Origin: an uncultured Aliishimia sp.
GTDB taxonomy: Bacteria; Pseudomonadota; Alphaproteobacteria; Rhodobacterales; Rhodobacteraceae
Direction of reading: 5' to 3'
Assembly (NCBI GenBank): GCA_965656085.1
Contig: CBFHJA010000024.1
Location: 494-64,493 of the forward strand
Length of the DNA stretch: 64,000 nt
The position numbers were made by a program, and so were the translations under genes. The first letter of the stretch is position 1, and each line of letters starts with the position of its first letter. Under the pieces are notes generated by a model. That model ran no database searches, was not told the origin of the DNA, and saw only the letters and a program-made list of their open reading frames with translations. This document shows, piece by piece, positions 44,271-54,283 of the stretch.

Positions 44271-47165
44271 ATGTGCGCCGACACGCCTGACTACAAAGAC
44301 ACCCTCAACCTGCCGAAAACCGACTTCCCCATGCGCGCCGGGCTCCCCAAGCGCGAGCCCGAGTGGCTGGAGCGTTGGGAGCGCATCGGCGTCTATGATC
44401 GCCTGCGCGAGGCCGCGGACCGCCCGGTCTTCTGCCTGCATGACGGCCCCCCCTACGCCAATGGCAACCTCCATATCGGCCACGCGCTGAACAAGACGAT
44501 CAAGGATATCATCGTGCGTTCGCACCAGATGATGGGCCATGACAGCCGCTATATCCCCGGTTGGGACTGCCACGGGTTGCCGATCGAGTGGAAGATCGAG
44601 GAGCAGTATCGCAAGAAGGGCAAGAACAAGGACGCTGTGCCGATCAATGAATTCCGTAAGGAATGCAGGGACTTCGCCGCTCATTGGGTGGATGTGCAAC
44701 GCGAGGAATTCAAGCGCCTCGGGATCACCGGAAGCTGGGACCGCCCCTACCTGACAATGGATTTCCACGCCGAGCGCGTGATCGCCGAGGAATTCATGAA
44801 ATTCCTAATGAATGGAACACTTTACCAAGGCTCCAAGCCGGTGATGTGGTCGCCCGTCGAGCAGACCGCGCTCGCGGAGGCTGAGGTCGAGTATCACGAC
44901 AAGGAAAGCTTCACGATCTGGGTGAAGTTTCGCGCCGTGGGCGGTGGGGACCTCGAAGGCGCATATGTGGTGATCTGGACCACGACGCCATGGACCATGC
45001 CGTCGAACAAGGCGGTCGTGTATGGCGGGGACGTCTCCTATGGCCTCTATGAGATCACCGGACGCCCCGAGGAATGCTGGGCCCGGATCGGCGACCGCTA
45101 CATCCTTGCGGACAAGATGGCGGCAGACGTTTTGGGCCGCGCGCGGCTTGACGAGACCATGTATCGCCGCTTGCGCGACGTGGACACAACCGAGTTCGAG
45201 GGGGTCAAACTTGCCCACCCGCTGAACGGCCAAGAGGGCAGCGAAGGGGAGTGGGACGACCTTCGTGACTTCCGCGCCGCTGACTTCGTGTCGGACGAGG
45301 AAGGCACCGGCTTTGTTCATTGCGCCCCGTCCCACGGGATGGAGGAATATGAACTCTACCGCGATCTCGGCATGCTTCAGGAGGTGATCACCTACAACGT
45401 CACCGACGAGGGCATGTTCCGCAAAGACCTGCCCTTTTTTGGCGGCGAGTTCATCCTCAGCCGCAAGGGGGGCGAGGGTACGGCGAACACGGCTGTGATC
45501 AACAAACTCGCCGAGGTTGGCGGGCTGCTCGCGCGCGGCAAGATCAAGCACAGCTACCCGCATTCGTGGCGCTCCAAGGCCCCGGTGATCTACCGCAACA
45601 CGCCGCAATGGTTCGCCGCGATTGATAAAGACATGTGCATCGGGGACGACACGTTCACGATCCGCGCCCGTGCGCTCCAAGAGATCGACAAGGTGAACTG
45701 GACGCCCCAATCTGGCCGTAACCGCCTGTATTCCATGATGGAATCGCGACCGGACTGGGTGCTATCGCGCCAGCGCGCGTGGGGCGTGCCGCTCACCTGC
45801 TTCACCAAGAAGGGCGCGCTGCCAACCGATCCGGACTTCCTGCTGCGTGACGAAGAAGTGAACCAACGCATCACCGAAGCGTTCGAGGCTGAGGGTGCGG
45901 ATGCGTGGTATGAGGACGGGGCAAAGGAGCGTTTCCTGGCGGGGATCGTGAACCCGGATGAGTACGATCAGGTGATGGACATCCTTGACGTGTGGTTCGA
46001 CAGCGGCTCGACACACGCCTTCACCCTGCGCGACCGGGCGGACGGGACCGAGGACGGGATCGCCGATGTGTATATGGAAGGTACCGACCAGCATCGCGGC
46101 TGGTTCCACTCATCGCTCCTGCAATCGGTTGGCACCACGGGCCGCGCGCCCTATCGCAACGTGGTCACTCATGGCTTCACGCTCGACGAAAAGGGCATGA
46201 AGATGTCCAAATCCTTGGGCAACATCATCGCCCCACAGGAGATCATCAACCAGTATGGCGCGGATATCCTGCGTCTCTGGGTGGCCCAAACGGACTACAC
46301 TGCTGACCAGCGGATCGGCCCGGAAATCCTCAAGGGGGTCGCGGACAGCTATCGCCGCCTGCGCAACACGATGCGCTTCATGCTGGGCTCGCTGAACGAT
46401 GTGAGTGAGGCGGATATCGTCGCGCCGGAGGCCATGCCGGAGCTGGAACGCTGGGTGCTGCACCGTCTGGCGGAGCTCGACGAGACGGTCTGCAGCGGAT
46501 ATCGCAAGTTCGACTTCCAAGGTGTGTTTTCAGCAATTTTCAACTTCGCAACTGTGGACCTGTCGGCGTTTTACTTCGACATTCGCAAAGATGCGCTTTA
46601 CTGCGATGGCGACACGGAACGCCGCAGGGCAGCCCGTACGGTGCTTAAACTGCTCTATGAGCGCATGGTCACCTGGCTCGCGCCGATCTTGCCTTTCACG
46701 ATGGAGGATGTGTGGCTCGACCAGAACCCCGGTGCGGCAAGCTCGGTGCATTTGCAGGACTTCCCACAGACGCCGGATGACTGGTTCGACGACGCGCTGG
46801 CGGCAAAATGGGCGGGCATCCGCCGCGCGCGCCGAGTGGTGACTGCAGCGCTCGAAATCCAGCGGGCCGACAAGGTGATCGGCGCGTCGCTGGAGGCGGC
46901 CCCGGTCGTGCATGTGGAGGATGCGGACTTGCTCGCAGACCTCAAAACCGTCGCTTTTGCTGATCTTTGCATCACCTCCGATCTGACGCTGACGGGCGAT
47001 CCGTCGCCCTCCGAAGCCTTCCGCCTGCCTGAAGCACCGGGGATTTCGGTGGTGTTCGAGCGGGCTGCGGGCGAGAAATGCGCGCGCTGCTGGAAGGTTC
47101 TGCCGGACGTGGGCAGCCATGCCCATGCCGGTGTCTGCGGACGGTGTGACGCGGCCCTCGCGTAG
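44271..47165 (+). CDS. ileS: isoleucine--tRNA ligase
   Basis: 964 aa from the ATG at 44271 (GAAGGA RBS; an alternative ATG is at 44247). Has DYKDTLNLPKTDFPMRA, HIGH (PYANGNLHIGH), KMSKS and a C-terminal CxxC..CxxC zinc motif. Confidence 0.95.
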   Translation: MCADTPDYKDTLNLPKTDFPMRAGLPKREPEWLERWERIGVYDRLREAADRPVFCLHDGPPYANGNLHIGHALNKTIKDIIVRSHQMMGHDSRYIPGWDCHGLPIEWKIEEQYRKKGKNKDAVPINEFRKECRDFAAHWVDVQREEFKRLGITGSWDRPYLTMDFHAERVIAEEFMKFLMNGTLYQGSKPVMWSPVEQTALAEAEVEYHDKESFTIWVKFRAVGGGDLEGAYVVIWTTTPWTMPSNKAVVYGGDVSYGLYEITGRPEECWARIGDRYILADKMAADVLGRARLDETMYRRLRDVDTTEFEGVKLAHPLNGQEGSEGEWDDLRDFRAADFVSDEEGTGFVHCAPSHGMEEYELYRDLGMLQEVITYNVTDEGMFRKDLPFFGGEFILSRKGGEGTANTAVINKLAEVGGLLARGKIKHSYPHSWRSKAPVIYRNTPQWFAAIDKDMCIGDDTFTIRARALQEIDKVNWTPQSGRNRLYSMMESRPDWVLSRQRAWGVPLTCFTKKGALPTDPDFLLRDEEVNQRITEAFEAEGADAWYEDGAKERFLAGIVNPDEYDQVMDILDVWFDSGSTHAFTLRDRADGTEDGIADVYMEGTDQHRGWFHSSLLQSVGTTGRAPYRNVVTHGFTLDEKGMKMSKSLGNIIAPQEIINQYGADILRLWVAQTDYTADQRIGPEILKGVADSYRRLRNTMRFMLGSLNDVSEADIVAPEAMPELERWVLHRLAELDETVCSGYRKFDFQGVFSAIFNFATVDLSAFYFDIRKDALYCDGDTERRRAARTVLKLLYERMVTWLAPILPFTMEDVWLDQNPGAASSVHLQDFPQTPDDWFDDALAAKWAGIRRARRVVTAALEIQRADKVIGASLEAAPVVHVEDADLLADLKTVAFADLCITSDLTLTGDPSPSEAFRLPEAPGISVVFERAAGEKCARCWKVLPDVGSHAHAGVCGRCDAALA

Positions 47166-47184
47166 CGTGGGCAATTTGCCCACC
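47162..47184. repeat. solo REP palindrome
   Basis: GTAGCGTGGGCAATTTGCCCACC. The GTAG head contains the ileS TAG stop (47163-47165). Confidence 0.85.
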
Positions 47185-47430
47185 ACGCCATGTGACGCCG
47201 AAATCGCCGCCGTCATTCGCGATCTTCTACGGCAGCGCGGGGCTGGCAAAACGATCTGCCCCTCCGAGGCTGCGCGGGCGCTGCGTCCAGAGTGGCGCCC
47301 GCTGATGCCGCAGGTGCGCCGGGTTGCAGCGGCCATGGAAGATATTGAAATAACGCAAAAAGGCGTTCCGGTTGCGTCCTCGAAAGCGCGCGGGGCGATC
47401 CGGTTGCGTTTGGCGCAGGAACCGGGTTGA
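47167..47430 (+). CDS. DUF3253 domain protein
   Basis: Core ..IRDLLRQRGAGKTICPSEAARALRPEWRPLMPQVRRVAAAMEDIEITQKGVPV...GAIRLRL matches the DUF3253 pattern. The start is uncertain: in-frame GTG at 47167 or TTG at 47176, both inside the REP. The ATG at 47119 would overlap ileS by 47 nt. Confidence 0.65.
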   Translation: MGNLPTTPCDAEIAAVIRDLLRQRGAGKTICPSEAARALRPEWRPLMPQVRRVAAAMEDIEITQKGVPVASSKARGAIRLRLAQEPG

Positions 47431-47455
47431 GCGCAGGCTGCGTCTGCGTCACGCT

Positions 47456-47932
47456 ATGCCCATGCTCCGCGCTTCACTCTCCACGCCGTTTGGCGACATC
47501 TGTCTGCATGAAGAGGCGGGCTGCCTTGTCCGTGTGACATGGGAGGCTGTAGGGGAGGCTGTGGATAAGCCTGTGGACACCCCGCTTTTGTGCGAAGGTT
47601 TGCAGCAACTTGCTGCCTATTGTTCAGGTACCCGCACCACATTTGATGTGCCGTTGCGCCTATCCGGTCCGCCGCTAACGCAGGCTGTCTGCGCCGTGAT
47701 GCGACGTATCCCGTTTGGGGACACCCTCAGCTATGGCGAAATCGCCCGGCAGGTGGGTGCGTCGCCGCAGGCGGTGGGGCAGGCCTGTGGCCAGAACCCG
47801 TTGCCGGTCTTGATCCCCTGCCACCGTGTGCTGGGGGCGGGCGGCAAACTGGTCGGCTTTTCGGGGATGGGCGGGGTTGAAACCAAGGTCGCGCTTCTGC
47901 GACATGAAGGGGCGGGGGGCCTTTTGATATGA
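47456..47932 (+). CDS. ogt: methylated-DNA--protein-cysteine methyltransferase
   Basis: 158 aa with the active site IPCHRV and the ..YGEIARQVGASPQAVGQACGQNP.. helix-turn-wing. Confidence 0.88.
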   Translation: MPMLRASLSTPFGDICLHEEAGCLVRVTWEAVGEAVDKPVDTPLLCEGLQQLAAYCSGTRTTFDVPLRLSGPPLTQAVCAVMRRIPFGDTLSYGEIARQVGASPQAVGQACGQNPLPVLIPCHRVLGAGGKLVGFSGMGGVETKVALLRHEGAGGLLI

Positions 47933-47980
47933 CGCATGACCTCTGCGGCCTAAAACTCTGCTACTAAACTGAATGCCAAG

Positions 47981-47998
47981 TTATCCACATGTGGATAA
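47981..47998. promoter_or_regulatory. back-to-back consensus DnaA boxes forming an 18-bp perfect palindrome
   Basis: TTATCCACATGTGGATAA is TTATCCACA plus its reverse complement. It lies in the 76-bp AT-richer gap between convergent ogt and pcs. Confidence 0.5.
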
Positions 47999-48008
47999 GC
48001 CTGTCACG

Positions 48009-48704
48009 CTAGCCGTCTTTTCCATAGAGGACCTGCTGCAGTGCCCCGGCGCCGACGAGGTAGACGGAGGTGACGACCAAGCCCCAGTGCGCCCAACTCT
48101 CGGGATGAAAATCCACCCATGCTGCCCAGCCGGCAAAGAAGGTCCAGGCCAGTGCCATCGGCAGGCTCAAGACGCGCCAGCGCTCAGTGCGCACCGGGTG
48201 AACGAACTTGATCGGCAGGAACATGGCCACGGTCAGCAACGTGACAATCCCCAGACACCACGCCCAGCCCGGCTCCAGCGCGAACAGGACGAGGACCAGC
48301 ATGTTCCAGCATCCTGGAAATCCAGAGAAGGAATTGTCCTTTGTTTTCATGCGCGAATCCGCAAAATAGAGCGCGCTGGCAAAGGTCACGAGGATGATCA
48401 TCACCCACCCGGACCAGCCATCCATCAGCCCAGAGGAGAACAGGGCGAACGCGGGAATGAACACATAGGTGAGGTAGTCGATGATCAGGTCGAGCAGCAC
48501 GCCATCGAACTCCGGCGCATTGTGCTTGACATGGACCTTGCGCGCCAGCGGGCCGTCGATCCCGTCCACTGCAAAGGCGACAACGAGCCAGACAAACATC
48601 ATCGCCCAGTCTTGCTGAACCGCCTCAAGCATGGCCAGCATGGCGAAAACGGCACCGGTGGCGGTCAGGAAGTGCACGGACAGGGCAGCGAAGCGAGGTG
48701 TCAT
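48009..48704 (-). CDS. pcs: phosphatidylcholine synthase (CDP-alcohol phosphatidyltransferase family)
   Basis: 231 aa multi-TM protein with DGIDGPLAR...D...D, the CDP-alcohol motif. Size and layout match bacterial Pcs. Confidence 0.8.
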   Translation of the reverse strand: MTPRFAALSVHFLTATGAVFAMLAMLEAVQQDWAMMFVWLVVAFAVDGIDGPLARKVHVKHNAPEFDGVLLDLIIDYLTYVFIPAFALFSSGLMDGWSGWVMIILVTFASALYFADSRMKTKDNSFSGFPGCWNMLVLVLFALEPGWAWCLGIVTLLTVAMFLPIKFVHPVRTERWRVLSLPMALAWTFFAGWAAWVDFHPESWAHWGLVVTSVYLVGAGALQQVLYGKDG

Positions 48705-48820
48705 GACAGGTTCATGACGCAGGCGGGCGCGGGATGCAACGCGTTTGCGGGGCGGTGTGCGGGTCTTTGACGCGGTTTAGGAGGCAGGAGGCAGGCCGCC
48801 CACCCCCGTCCTATCAGGCC

Positions 48821-49414
48821 TCAGCCACCAGAGCCGATGCGCACCTCTTCGAGCGGATAGGCCAGACTGTCCTGATCGGAGAAGGCAGAGTGGCAGTCAT
48901 GACAAAAACTCTGCTTGAATGTCATGGGTTTGCCATTGGGCTGCAGCCCCGCGTAGAGCCAGTCATCGGTCTCCGGCTGGCCGCCCATGTCGAGCTTGGT
49001 CATGATGAAAAGCGGGCCCGGGCGCGCGGTTTTGGTCTTCTTCGAGATCGAGATCGACTCCTTGGCGAGCACCGACCCGGCCGGCATCACGACGCCCTCT
49101 TCGGCGAATGTCAGATATTGCTCGGCGGCGATATCGTTGGCGAAGGTCTGCAACAGGCGGTTGCCATGCGGGCCGGCGACTGCGGGGCGTGTCGAGGTGA
49201 CGGCCCAGCTGCGAAAGGCACTGCCGACGGAATCGCCCTCTTTTGCATAGCCTGCGGCCATTTTTGCTTCGAGGCAGTCATAGAGGGCGACGATTTGTGT
49301 CTCGTCAAGGTCCCAGGCGGTCTCCACGCCGATTTCGGCGCAGTCCTCCTGGGCCATGGCCGTGCCGGCGGTGAGGGCAAATCCTGCGGCGAGGGAGAGG
49401 GGATGCAGTTTCAT
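48821..49414 (-). CDS. cytochrome P460-family haem protein
   Basis: 197 aa from MKLHPLSLAAG.. (signal peptide). Has the ..FRSWAV.. block and C-terminal CHDCH haem attachment. AAAGGA RBS. Confidence 0.7.
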   Translation of the reverse strand: MKLHPLSLAAGFALTAGTAMAQEDCAEIGVETAWDLDETQIVALYDCLEAKMAAGYAKEGDSVGSAFRSWAVTSTRPAVAGPHGNRLLQTFANDIAAEQYLTFAEEGVVMPAGSVLAKESISISKKTKTARPGPLFIMTKLDMGGQPETDDWLYAGLQPNGKPMTFKQSFCHDCHSAFSDQDSLAYPLEEVRIGSGG

Positions 49415-49519
49415 GGGGTCGTCCTTTCGGCTTTCAGATACGCCGACCCTCACACGGGTGCCCCCTTGCGCGCACCAAACAGTTTCACACGAAACCGGAA
49501 CGTTTCCGTGACAAGCATG

Positions 49520-50446
49520 TCAGCCGGCGCGCGGATGGGCTTTGTCATAGACATCCATGAGGCGGGCGGAATCGACCGCCGTGTAGACCTGTGTCGTGCT
49601 CAGGCTGGCATGGCCGAGCAGTTCCTGGATGGCACGTAAGTCCCCGCCTGCATTGAGCAAATGTGTGGCAAAGCTGTGCCGCATGGCGTGCGGTGTGGCG
49701 CTCGACGGTAGCCCGAGTTGCATCCGCACATCCTGCATGACACCGGCCACGCTGCGCGGCGAGAGCGCGCCGCCGCGGATCGCGCGGAAGAGCGGGGCTT
49801 CGGCCTCGCACGGATAGGGGCAGAGGGTCAAATAGGTGCTGACGGCCTCGCGCGCCACCGGCAGGACCGGCACGAGACGCTCCTTATTGCCCTTGCCGAT
49901 GATCCGCAGGGCCTCGCCGAGCGGGGCGTCGTGCCCCTTCAGCGACAGCGCCTCGGACACGCGCAGCCCGCAGCCCCACATCAGCGTCAGCACCGCCACG
50001 TCGCGTGCGCCGACCCACGGATGCCGGTGTTGCGCTCCAGCGGTTTCGATCATCTCGTGGGCGGCGTCCACACTCAGGGGGCGCGGAAGCTTGCGCTCGA
50101 ATTTCGGCGCGCGGGCGGACAGAACGGCGGTTGCATCGAAGTCCTCGCGCTCGGCCAGCCAGCGGTAAAAACTCTTTACGGCTGAGAGTTTACGGGCAAG
50201 ACTTCGCGCGCCAACACCGCCTGTGCGGGTGCGCGACATCCAAGCGCGCATGTCGGGCAGGCTGACACGGGCCAACGCGCCGAGACCCTGCGGGCCGCCC
50301 TGGTGCTCGGCCATGAAGGCGAGAAATTCAGTTACATCGCTGGCATAGGCCGTCAGGGTGCTGGGTGCCGCACCCTTCAGCGCGCGTTGATGGTCCAGCC
50401 AGTCCGACAACGCCCCCCGCGCCGCGTTTGACAGGGCAAGGCTCAT
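49520..50446 (-). CDS. xerC: tyrosine site-specific recombinase XerC
   Basis: 308 aa with catalytic R...HxxR...Y (..ATPHAMRHSFATHLL.., ..LLGHASLSTTQVYT..). ATGA-coupled to the upstream DUF484 gene, the classic chromosomal xerC context. Confidence 0.88.
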   Translation of the reverse strand: MSLALSNAARGALSDWLDHQRALKGAAPSTLTAYASDVTEFLAFMAEHQGGPQGLGALARVSLPDMRAWMSRTRTGGVGARSLARKLSAVKSFYRWLAEREDFDATAVLSARAPKFERKLPRPLSVDAAHEMIETAGAQHRHPWVGARDVAVLTLMWGCGLRVSEALSLKGHDAPLGEALRIIGKGNKERLVPVLPVAREAVSTYLTLCPYPCEAEAPLFRAIRGGALSPRSVAGVMQDVRMQLGLPSSATPHAMRHSFATHLLNAGGDLRAIQELLGHASLSTTQVYTAVDSARLMDVYDKAHPRAG

Positions 50447-51153
50447 GACAGCCAGCGGCGCATCGCGCGCTCGAAGACGCCAGCGAAAAAGGTCAGTAAA
50501 TCCGTGCCTTGCTGGGGCGAGAACATATGTGGATCTTCCGATCCGAGCACCAGCAGACCGGGCAGGCGGCCTTGGCCGAGATCGAGTTTTAGGCAGGCTT
50601 CCGAGCGGATCCAGTCCGCCTTCGTGCCATAGACGAAGCTCGACCCCGATTGCACCTGCCGCAGACTGACCGGGCGCGGCGTGCCAGCGCGGCCCTGGTT
50701 GATATAGGCATCGCAATAGCCCGCGCGGGCGACGGCGATCACGTCGCTGAGACGATCGAGCACGGAGTCCTGATCCTCCTGTGCAGATTCGAGCACCAGC
50801 CTGACGGCATCGAGGCGCAGGATATCGCTGACATCTCCTGCGAGATTGCGCAGAAACGGCTCGAAGTCGACCGGATCGAGCAGGCTGAGAATCGCGCGGT
50901 GAACCTGATTGGTGCCGGCAAGGTTCTCATAGGCCGCCGCGATCACCGAGCGGTGGGTATCTTCAAGACGGTCGAGGCGGGTTTCCATCCGCTCCATCGC
51001 GATGCCCCGCAGATCGACGATATTGCCACCCATCGCGCGCTCATTCGCCGCGATAAGGGCCTGCATAAGGTCCTGATCTTCAAGGATAACGTCTGGACTT
51101 TGGATGATCGCCTCACGCGTGGCGGCATCCATTTTCGCGCTTTTGCTCATCAA
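50443..51153 (-). CDS. DUF484 family protein
   Basis: 236 aa GAF-like protein, conserved immediately upstream of xerC in proteobacteria. Confidence 0.75.
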   Translation of the reverse strand: MMSKSAKMDAATREAIIQSPDVILEDQDLMQALIAANERAMGGNIVDLRGIAMERMETRLDRLEDTHRSVIAAAYENLAGTNQVHRAILSLLDPVDFEPFLRNLAGDVSDILRLDAVRLVLESAQEDQDSVLDRLSDVIAVARAGYCDAYINQGRAGTPRPVSLRQVQSGSSFVYGTKADWIRSEACLKLDLGQGRLPGLLVLGSEDPHMFSPQQGTDLLTFFAGVFERAMRRWLS

Positions 51154-51352
51154 TATGCCGGGGTCTTTGCGCCCCGCCTTTGCCTCGTGTTTTCCGATCT
51201 ATAGCACGGGCGGAGCGCCTGTGACTCGCATTTTCGCGTGAATGTCAGGAAAATACGCCAATTCTGTGACATCGGTGCTCGGAGTGCGAGAGGGCATCCT
51301 GATTTGCGCGTCAGGTGTCGGCGCGCAAGGCGTTGGCTGGGCTGGCCATGGA

Positions 51353-52006
51353 TCAGACGATCTTGATCCCGGCGCTCGCGGCATCTTTCAGGAATGCGTC
51401 CAGCCCCTTGTCGGTCAGCGGATGGCTGGCCAATTTGCGGATCACTTCGGGCGGCGCGGTCATCACATCCGCCCCGATCCGGGCGCAGTCCTGCACATGG
51501 TTCACCGACCGGATCGAGGCTGCGAGGATCTCGGTCTTGAAATCATAGTTGTCATAGATCGTGCGGATATCTTCGATCAGTTCCATCCCGTCGAGATTGA
51601 TATCGTCGAGCCGTCCGATGAAAGGCGAGATGAAGCTCGCGCCTGCCTTGGCGGCCAAAAGCGCCTGATTGGCCGAGAAGCAGAGCGTCACATTGACCAT
51701 GCGACCCTCGTCCGAGAGTACTTTGCAGGCCTTCAGCCCGTCCCATGTGAGCGGCACCTTCACCGCGATATTCTCAGCGATTTCAGCGAGTTTGCGTCCT
51801 TCGGTGATCATTGCCTCGGCGTCTGTCGCGATTACCTCGGCGGAAACCGGGCCAGCGACCAGATCGCAGATCTCCTTGGTCACTTCCAGAATGTCGCGCC
51901 CGGATTTCGCGATCAGGGACGGGTTCGTGGTGACCCCATCGACCATCCCCAGATCGTTCAGCTCGGCGATGGCGTCGATTTCGGCGGTGTCGACGAAGAA
52001 TTTCAT
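51353..52006 (-). CDS. tal: fructose-6-phosphate aldolase / short (type 3B) transaldolase
   Basis: 217 aa starting [32 protein letters not shown], with ..[10 protein letters not shown].. (Schiff-base Lys region). GAGGGAG RBS. The 950-aa ORF-track ORF is an antisense over-extension across priA. Confidence 0.92.
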   Translation of the reverse strand: MKFFVDTAEIDAIAELNDLGMVDGVTTNPSLIAKSGRDILEVTKEICDLVAGPVSAEVIATDAEAMITEGRKLAEIAENIAVKVPLTWDGLKACKVLSDEGRMVNVTLCFSANQALLAAKAGASFISPFIGRLDDINLDGMELIEDIRTIYDNYDFKTEILAASIRSVNHVQDCARIGADVMTAPPEVIRKLASHPLTDKGLDAFLKDAASAGIKIV

Positions 52007-52057
52007 GGGCGCGCTCCCTCGGTATGGCTTGGCCTTTTCCGAGCGAGGCTTTACCCC

Positions 52058-54277
52058 ATGCGGGTGATGTCCGAAAGCCCCGATCCCGGTCCCGACTTTT
52101 TTCCCGAAGGTGCGCGCGTGGGCGTGCTGACCACCCAGCCGCTGGACCGGGTGCTGGATTACCGCGCGCCCGAAGGTGGGTGCTGGCTCGGGGCCTTCGT
52201 CGAGGTGCCGCTTGGGCCGCGCAAAGTGATCGGCGTGGTTTGGGGACCCGGGGCGGGGGATTGGGATGCGGGCAAACTGCGGCAGGTAAACCGTGTTCTG
52301 GATGTCGCCCCGATGCGGGACGAAATGCGGAGTTTCCTCGAAAAGGCAGGGGCTTACACCCTGACGCCGCTCTCGGCGATGCTGCGCCTCGCGACCCGTG
52401 CGCCGGGGCTGAGCGACCCGCCGTCGATGCGCAAGGTCTACCGCGCCGGGGAGGGCGTGCCGGATCGGATGACGGAGGCGCGGGCGCGGGTGCTGGAGGT
52501 GCTGGCGGTGCATGGCGGCCTTGGGTTCACCCTCAAGGAACTGGCCGATCATGCGGGTGTGACCCCGCAGGTGGTCAAGGGGCTGGTGAAGCACGGAGCA
52601 GTGGCCGAGGAGGACGCGCCGCGCGACACGGCCTTCCCGCGGCTTGATCCGGCGCTGCCGGGCAAGGCGCTCACCGCGGCCCAGAGCGCCGGGGCAGAGG
52701 CGTTGAAAACAGCCGTGAAAACAGCCGATTACGGCACGACCTTGCTGCGCGGCGTGACCGGGTCGGGCAAGACCGAGGTTTATCTCGAAGCGGTGGCTGA
52801 AGGCCTCAGGATCGGGCGGCAAGCCCTTGTTCTGCTGCCGGAAATCGCGCTCACGGCGGAGTTCATCGCGCGCGTTGAGACTCGCTTCGGTGCGCGGCCT
52901 GCCGAGTGGCATTCGGGGGTGACCATGACCGAGCGGCGGCGCGTCTGGCGCATGGTCTCTCAGGGCAGCGCGCAGTTTGTGGTCGGCGCGCGATCCGCGC
53001 TTTTCCTGCCGTTTCAGGACCTTGGCCTTATCGTCGTCGATGAGGAGCACGACCCCTCCTACAAGCAGGAGGACGGGGTGCTCTACAATGCGCGCGACAT
53101 GGCGGTGCTGCGCGCGTCGATCTGCGGCGCGCAGGTGGTGCTGGCCTCGGCCACGCCGAGCCTTGAGAGTTGGGCCAATGCGGAGGCCGCGAAGTATCGG
53201 CGCATTGATCTGGAATCGCGCTACGGGCCTGCGGTGATGCCGCAGATGCGCGCTATCGACATGCGCGACCAGAGCCTGCCCGCGAACCGTTGGATTTCTC
53301 CTGCGTTGCAAGCGGCTGTCATGGAGCGCATTGGAAAAGAAGAACAATCCCTGCTGTTCCTCAACCGGCGTGGCTATGCGCCGGTGACGATCTGCCGGGC
53401 CTGCGGGCACCAGATCGGCTGCCCCGATTGTGACGCGCGGATGGTCGAGCACCGGTTCCTGAAACGCCTGATGTGCCACCAATGCGGCGAGACCGCGCCG
53501 ATGCCCGAGGCCTGCCCGGCCTGCGGTGTCGAGGGCAAACTCGCGCCTGTGGGGCCGGGGGTGGAACGGTTGTCCGAAGAGGCGGCGGAGTTGTTTCCGG
53601 AGGCGCGGATCGCGGTGCTCTCGTCGGACCTGTTCGGCTCGGCGCGGGCGCTCAAGGCGGAGATCGAGGCCATCGCGGAGGGCGGGGCGGATATCATCAT
53701 CGGCACGCAGTTGGTGGCAAAAGGTCATAACTTTCCGAAGCTTACGCTGGTGGGAGTGATCGATGCCGATCTTGGGCTGCAAGGCTCCGACCTGCGCGCC
53801 GCCGAACGCACGTTCCAGCTGATGCGGCAGGTGGCGGGGCGCGCGGGCCGCGCGGAGACCCCCGGCACGGCGCTCTTGCAGACTTTCCAGCCCGAACATC
53901 CGGTGATCCGGGCGATCTTGGCGGGCGACGAGGAGGGGTTCTGGCGGGCCGAGGCCGCCGAGCGCGCACAGGCCGGATCGCCGCCCTACGGGCGCATGGC
54001 CGGGATTATCGTCTCGGGGGGAGATGTCGGCCAAGTCTTTGATATTGCGAACCATCTGGCCCGCAACGACGGCCCGCTCCGGCGCGTGGACGCGCAGGTT
54101 TTCGGCCCGGCCCCGGCCCCCATCGCGCGGGTGCGGGGGCGGCACCGGGTGCGGCTTCTGGTCAAGGCGCCCAAGGGCACCGCGTTGCAACCGGCGCTGG
54201 CGCAATGGGTGGGGCAGGTACGGCTCAAGGGCGATTTGCGGCTCGCGGTGGATATCGACCCGCAGAGCTTCTTGTGA
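52058..54277 (+). CDS. priA: primosomal replication restart helicase PriA
   Basis: 739 aa with Walker [16 protein letters not shown], and the Cys-rich zinc region [17 protein letters not shown]...CHQCG...CPACG. Confidence 0.92.
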   Translation: MRVMSESPDPGPDFFPEGARVGVLTTQPLDRVLDYRAPEGGCWLGAFVEVPLGPRKVIGVVWGPGAGDWDAGKLRQVNRVLDVAPMRDEMRSFLEKAGAYTLTPLSAMLRLATRAPGLSDPPSMRKVYRAGEGVPDRMTEARARVLEVLAVHGGLGFTLKELADHAGVTPQVVKGLVKHGAVAEEDAPRDTAFPRLDPALPGKALTAAQSAGAEALKTAVKTADYGTTLLRGVTGSGKTEVYLEAVAEGLRIGRQALVLLPEIALTAEFIARVETRFGARPAEWHSGVTMTERRRVWRMVSQGSAQFVVGARSALFLPFQDLGLIVVDEEHDPSYKQEDGVLYNARDMAVLRASICGAQVVLASATPSLESWANAEAAKYRRIDLESRYGPAVMPQMRAIDMRDQSLPANRWISPALQAAVMERIGKEEQSLLFLNRRGYAPVTICRACGHQIGCPDCDARMVEHRFLKRLMCHQCGETAPMPEACPACGVEGKLAPVGPGVERLSEEAAELFPEARIAVLSSDLFGSARALKAEIEAIAEGGADIIIGTQLVAKGHNFPKLTLVGVIDADLGLQGSDLRAAERTFQLMRQVAGRAGRAETPGTALLQTFQPEHPVIRAILAGDEEGFWRAEAAERAQAGSPPYGRMAGIIVSGGDVGQVFDIANHLARNDGPLRRVDAQVFGPAPAPIARVRGRHRVRLLVKAPKGTALQPALAQWVGQVRLKGDLRLAVDIDPQSFL

Positions 54278-54283
54278 CGGGTA

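Noticed and set aside
47933-48008. Chromosomal origin of replication (oriC) at the palindromic DnaA boxes.
   Set aside because: There are only two or three boxes, no extended AT-rich unwinding element or DnaA-trio-like repeats, no origin-linked genes (dnaA, dnaN, hemE, parAB, gidAB), and the location is between convergent 3' ends. I kept it as a DnaA-site finding, not as an origin.
49520-51153. Tyrosine recombinase as a marker of an integrated mobile element or prophage.
   Set aside because: It is ATGA-coupled to a DUF484 gene and has XerC-type motifs, the standard housekeeping context. No att-like repeats, tRNA gene, phage genes or compositional shift flank it.
51353-54205. 950-aa minus-strand ORF that looks like a giant gene.
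   Set aside because: Only its last 217 codons (51353-52006) are the transaldolase, with its own RBS and ATG. The upstream 733 codons are antisense to priA and have junk composition.
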